This document shows positions 59,038 through 64,000 of a stretch of DNA of 64,000 nt, piece by piece (position 1 is the first letter of the stretch; each line of letters starts with the position of its first letter). The notes under the pieces were generated by a model that saw only the letters and a list, made by a program, of their open reading frames with translations, was not told the origin of the DNA and ran no database searches. Both the position numbers and the translations under genes were made by a program. Source of the stretch: Neodothiora populina (lineage: Eukaryota); contig NW_027191411.1 in the NCBI RefSeq assembly GCF_041146345.1, positions 806,001 through 870,000 on the forward strand, written 5' to 3'.

Positions 59038-61563
59038 TCAAGGTAGTAGAGTGGCAGTAGCAGTCGCAGCACCAGCGGAATGCACCAGGCTCTCCTTTGA
59101 CGCCGCAGCCGACGACACAGCCGACGCCGATTTCGAGGACGAAGAGGAACCGCCCGAAATGATGGACGAGGAGCCCTCCAAGACGACAATCGTGCTCTTG
59201 CGGTTCCTGACCTCGACGAGCTGCGGTCGCAGCGGCTGCTTGCTGTACATGGACACCGGCTGCACGAGCGTCGACGAGTGATGCGCCGACGACAAGGCAT
59301 TTGCCGAGCGAGGCCCAGCTCCTGCGCGCGCCGCAGCTGCGATCACGGTCGTCGGACGGCGCACGGAAACCGTCCGCGCGATTCCGGTTTGCACGGGGCG
59401 GCCGGTGTTGACAGCGTGCGATTGGAGGGGTCTAGGGTGCGGTTCACGCGCAGACTGCGAGTGCGCTGACTGAGGGCCTGCTGCTTGCGCTTGCGTCTGG
59501 ATTTGGGTCTGGATCGGAGGCAGCGTCGATGCGCGCTTGACCGCCTCTCTGCGGGGCGATGGACCTTCTGCTGACCGAGCGATCGCCGAACGCGCTTCCA
59601 GTGATCCTAGGGAGCTCGATCGAGGAGGAAATTGAGACTCCTGTTGCTGCAACTGCTGGATGCGCTCTTGCGATGCTTCCCTAGAAACACTGCGGCCTGG
59701 TGCTTTCAGTGGGATTGGCGGCGGTGGTGGACTCGACGATCTCGTCGTTGTTGGTTGTTTTGATGTGGTGTTTTGTGTCGATTGTGGCGTAATCATGTCC
59801 CAGGTAGGCTCTTTGAAGGTCGGCCTCAGGGATTTTGTGTCGTAGGTGACGATTTCCGGCTCTTCACCGTCGTCGTCATAGTCGTCGTCCTCTTCTTCGT
59901 CGTCGTCTAAGCTCATGAATGTGTCCGTCTCGGTCGTTGTGTCAGGCGTCGCTGGGACGTCTGATGTTTCGCTCCACATTGGAGAGCCGCCGCTCGTCGA
60001 ACAATATACTGATGAGGCCGTATTATCTAGAGCTGCTTGCTGTTGCTGTCGCATCTTGCTTGGCTGAAGGGACTGCTCTGCTGATGAAGGCGAGAGTGCG
60101 CCAGGGGGCGCTGTGTGCGATCTCCGTAATTGAACACGGGGAACACCGCTTACTCTGTGAATAGCCACAGGTGTTGCCATCTGCGAAGAACTCTCCAAAA
60201 ACTCAGCAGTCAAAGGTGTTGGTGCAATGATGTTCGGCGAAGTCGCGCGCCTCTTAGGAACTCCGGCAGTATCGAGAGATGGTCTCAGCTAAAGTAATGG
60301 TCAGCAGAGTTGCATTCGCTTAATTCTCAATAAACTGACCCCTTCATTACTGGCGCCTGCATCGGCAGGTAGTTGCAGACCCTGTGGCACATTGGTCTTC
60401 CTCCGCTCCAGAATTGTTTGTCTCGGTTTTAACAGTTTTTCAAACATGACACTGTAGCGCTCCATCTCCACGGTAGGTATGCTCACTTCCAACCTCGGCG
60501 TGTGTGGGGGCATTCCCATCGGAGTACCTGGATTTGAAGCTGCACGGCGAGACAACGCGTCGAAATATGTTTCTGAACTTGCCGGAGACGCAATCGAGGT
60601 CTCTGTCTTGCCACGTAACATGTCTGGCCTAAGAGCAGCAAGGCGAGACTCTGAGCTTTTTGATCCCGAAGTCTGACTGTACTTCTCGAATTGAGCTTTA
60701 TCTAGATCTGCACGCATAGTTTGGCGTGCCAGACCGCGCGATTCCTGGCGTGAGTGCTTCTTGTCTGCTTTTTGAGCAGACTTCGTGTTCTGGTCCATCG
60801 ACGCAGGGAGGGCAGAAGAGGCACTCGAGTCTTTCGGCGATACTGCAGGTGTGCCCTTCGGAGAAGGACCTTTAAGAGGAGAGTCATTCCTGGACTCCTT
60901 TGTTGGTATTGGGGGTACATCGGCCGCGTCAAAATCTGGCACTGGTGGTTTGGACTGCTTTCTTGAGAAAAATGACTTCCATGTACTTGACCTGGATTTG
61001 TGAAGGGTAGGTCGCTTCGAGGTGCCAGTGGGAGCAGGTGTTGCTTCCAACTTTGGGAGGTCCTTCGTAGTCATCTTCACAGACCCTCCTTGGACAGTTG
61101 CCTGTGGGACAGGCGTGGTGAAAGAACGCTTGTATACAGGAGCCTTGCCCTGAGGTTCCACGGCAAGGGCAGCCGCTGATCCATTTGGGTTGAGTGTCAG
61201 ATTTCTTACTTGGGATGTAGACACCCGAGGCGAAGCTGCTGCTGATGGGAATTTGAATGAGTGATAATCGGTTGTCATGTTCGGCACAGGGGGCTGGCGT
61301 GCATTCTCTCGTTCTGAAACTCTCCCTGCTGTCCTAGGTCGTGTGTCTTCTTTGGGTTCCTTCTGGTTCAGAGACCTGCCAGTACTTGAAGGTCTGAGGG
61401 CATCCCGTGCAGCAGCAGCAGCGACTGTCGCACTCCTGTCCCTAGTCGCCCGCTGTTGTGATGATTGCACAGCGGACTTATTAGATGGTGAATTATCACG
61501 CTTTTTAAGTGGCGTGGCTGAGTCCTTCCGTCTCAATGATCGGGATCGCTCCAGAAACCCCAT
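59038..61563 (-). CDS. Hypothetical Ser/Pro-rich disordered protein. Exons 61563-60340 and 60288-59038
   Basis: Two long ORFs joined in frame by intron GTCAGT..GCTGAC..TAG. Islands that look conserved: TWKSFFSRK, PRLEVSIPTVEMERYSVMFEKLL, IARTVSV and RKSTIVVLE. Confidence 0.8.
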
Positions 61564-62405
61564 GGTACGTTATAACGAATGTAGTAGATCCTCTTGAGTG
61601 AATGCTGTTACCTTTGTGCTGTGGTCGACGAGCTTTCTTCCTGGTCCAGCCAAAGAGGTAGATTTCGCACAAGTCAACAGACAAGGAAAGTCAAGAGCAG
61701 GAGTATGAAACGACAGACAGTATACAGCAGGTCGCAAAGGAACGGCGAAACCTGCGACCGAGCGGGAGGCAAATGAGCGAGCACGCAGTGCGGGTCTGTC
61801 TCACGATCGTTCTACAGCAATGCGCAAAGTCGCATCAAGGAGGATTGGGATGTCTCCATCTCCGACCCTTACAGAGGGCTTGGATCTGCGCACGATCCAG
61901 TGCTGACAGCATGGCATTTGCTCAGTTAAGATGATTAGCCGCATGATAATTGCGGTTTGGGGTCAGCCGGTGACCTCGCACGGAGCGCTTCAAGGGTTTC
62001 GAGGAACGTGCTGGGCCTGATCTCTTGACAGGTCCCTTGGACTAGTCGGTTTCAATGTCGAACCGAGATAGAGTGGAGACGCGCTCTCTCGAGACCCCTT
62101 CAAGGCCGTATAAAGGCACGTCGAATCAGCATGCAGCTCGTGTCTGCAAATACATTCGAGTGAGCGAAGCGGCTGAACACGACGCCGTCCATCCATATCG
62201 GGTAACGATCACGAACATCACGATAAAACGCCAGGTGCTTCGAGTCGTGCAATAGGGAAAGAAAGATAATCCATCAATCGACTTGCCGTGCGAATTGTTC
62301 AAAGGACGGAGTCGGTGTATGAGTACGTACTGTACCGTAGCCTGTGGAACGGCTATCACCATAACCGTTGAACCGTCGTTTCATCTTTAAACGCCAAGAG
62401 CTATA

Positions 62406-64000
62406 TTAATACCCGGCGTTCCCTAAATTATGCTCTTTGATGTATTCCCCACCTTTCTCCAAGTACTCTTCCCGCGTCACAAACGATTTCCGCGAGGTCG
62501 ATTGGCCAGCCCATGCTGCAGCACCTTTCCATGCATCTAGAATGGGGTCCTTGGCTCTGCGAACCCCAAGTGTCGCATCGGCTGGCAATACAGCTCGTAG
62601 CTCATTACGCAATCTTTCCTCAAACCCTTGAAACAGTGTGTATCCTCCTGTCAGGAAGATGTCCTTGAGCATGTCGTCACGATATGAGGCTCCAGATAAG
62701 CGTTGCGTGATGATGTCTTCGGCGATTTCGACTATGCCGGCTTGGTCGATACCGGCAATCGCAGGCTGAAACACGACTTCTGGTACCCGAATGCGCTCCA
62801 CGTTCAGATGAAACTGATTCATCTCTCGCTGACTTTCTGGGTCGAATGGATAGGGTCCGCGAAGGAATGCGTGCACCAAGCTCTTGGTCCAGTCCTGTTG
62901 TGCCTCCTGTGTGCTCTCTTCCGTGAAGGACGGGTCATACTTGAGCAATTGCGCTTCAATATTCTTCAAACCCCCACCTAAGTCCTCTTCCTCTTCGTCG
63001 TCGCTTTGCTCACCAGTCGCGATCTGGCGATAGATCCCCCAATCTGCATCATCGGCGCCGAAGGTATCATCGTCCCCACCGCGTCTGCGTTTTTTAGGGT
63101 TATCTGAAGCTAAATTGGCGATGTTCTTCATGCGTATTTGGCTGGCGAGAGACTTTCTGTTACCGAGGTCTGCCTTGAGACGGTCTCGGTCGCGAATCCG
63201 CTGTATCATCGCTAGGCGGGCAGCACGTCGCTCCTCGAGCCATATTTCAGGATCTTTCTCTCTCCGCTCATCGTCCAATCTCTGCTCCTCTGCAATGCGC
63301 GCTTTTTCGCGTTCCTTCTCGGCCTTGGCGCGGGCTCTCGCATCGTGATTTGCTTTGAGCAGTTTTTGCTGTCGTTTCTGCTTAAGCCCTTCTTCGTCGA
63401 GGTCCGCATCGGGAATATTGAGCAGTGGGTAAGTCGGTGGTTCTTCGATCTCTTCAAGGTCGCCGACATCTCTGTTTCGCTGCTTTCGTATGGACCGCTC
63501 CATGTCCTTCATTTTCTTTTCTAGTTGGACTTCGTCGTCAAAGTCTTCACCCTCTAGAACTTGCTTGGCTTCCTTCTTGGTCATGCCCTCCAGTCTTTGT
63601 TGCAGGTCTCTGTAATATTCCAGCTCTTGCTCTTTCCGGATGAGTTTGTCCAGGCGCATCTTGGCAGCCTGCTCCTGTAGTCGTCGTCCACTCTCCTTTC
63701 TCTTCTCAGCTGCGCGCGCGAGCTCCTCTTCAGTCTTCTGCACCACTTCCTTCTCGGTAAAGGGCATCTGTAGTACAACATCGCGATCTTCGAGCCCAGT
63801 CCAATCGAGGTAGCTAGACATCTCGGTGCCAAAGTCTTGCGCGACATAACAATACTTTCTGACGAGATCTTCAATTTGTGTATCGTTGATTTTGCCAGGA
63901 AGCCCGGGGTATTTAGCTTTGAGTAGTTTAGACAAATATTCGGCGCATTGCGAGCGTCCCCAGTCGAGACGGGTAGCGTGAGTAAAGAGAGGTTTGGTGT
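62406..64000 (-). CDS. ARP5: Actin-related protein 5 (INO80 subunit), 5' end beyond the window
   Basis: Actin-fold motifs LNVERIRVPEVVFQP, IFLTGG and DAWKGAA..EYLEKG, plus the Arp5 insertion (RLQEQAAKMRL, DDTFGADDADW). Confidence 0.93.
   Translation of the reverse strand, partial: TKPLFTHATRLDWGRSQCAEYLSKLLKAKYPGLPGKINDTQIEDLVRKYCYVAQDFGTEMSSYLDWTGLEDRDVVLQMPFTEKEVVQKTEEELARAAEKRKESGRRLQEQAAKMRLDKLIRKEQELEYYRDLQQRLEGMTKKEAKQVLEGEDFDDEVQLEKKMKDMERSIRKQRNRDVGDLEEIEEPPTYPLLNIPDADLDEEGLKQKRQQKLLKANHDARARAKAEKEREKARIAEEQRLDDERREKDPEIWLEERRAARLAMIQRIRDRDRLKADLGNRKSLASQIRMKNIANLASDNPKKRRRGGDDDTFGADDADWGIYRQIATGEQSDDEEEEDLGGGLKNIEAQLLKYDPSFTEESTQEAQQDWTKSLVHAFLRGPYPFDPESQREMNQFHLNVERIRVPEVVFQPAIAGIDQAGIVEIAEDIITQRLSGASYRDDMLKDIFLTGGYTLFQGFEERLRNELRAVLPADATLGVRRAKDPILDAWKGAAAWAGQSTSRKSFVTREEYLEKGGEYIKEHNLGNAGY

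Overview
Gene-dense eukaryotic DNA from a filamentous ascomycete (Pezizomycotina). The evidence is short GT-AG introns with CTRAC/CTAAC branch sites and fungal-type proteins. About 23 protein-coding genes can be modelled. Recognisable genes are FMP25, COG3, OTU1, an RSC1/2-type bromodomain-BAH protein, histone H1, MSS4, COX20, POL2 (DNA polymerase epsilon), two MFS transporters, an Ish1/Msc1-family protein, ARPC5, ADE12, a metallo-beta-lactamase/lactonase, IES6, YKT6 and a truncated ARP5. Several hypothetical proteins are also present. No tRNA, rRNA, CRISPR array or transposase was recognised. Three structures stand out. (1) A compound 9/20-bp satellite with a ~150-bp higher-order period at ~29.05-29.57 kb, inside a ~2.8-kb gene-free interval. 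(2) An 8-mer, TACTGTAC, that recurs at least 14 times in intergenic DNA, including four of the five compact divergent promoters. (3) Close linkage of IES6 and ARP5, which encode one INO80 module. Exon boundaries were read by eye and family calls come from motif recognition; no database search was run.
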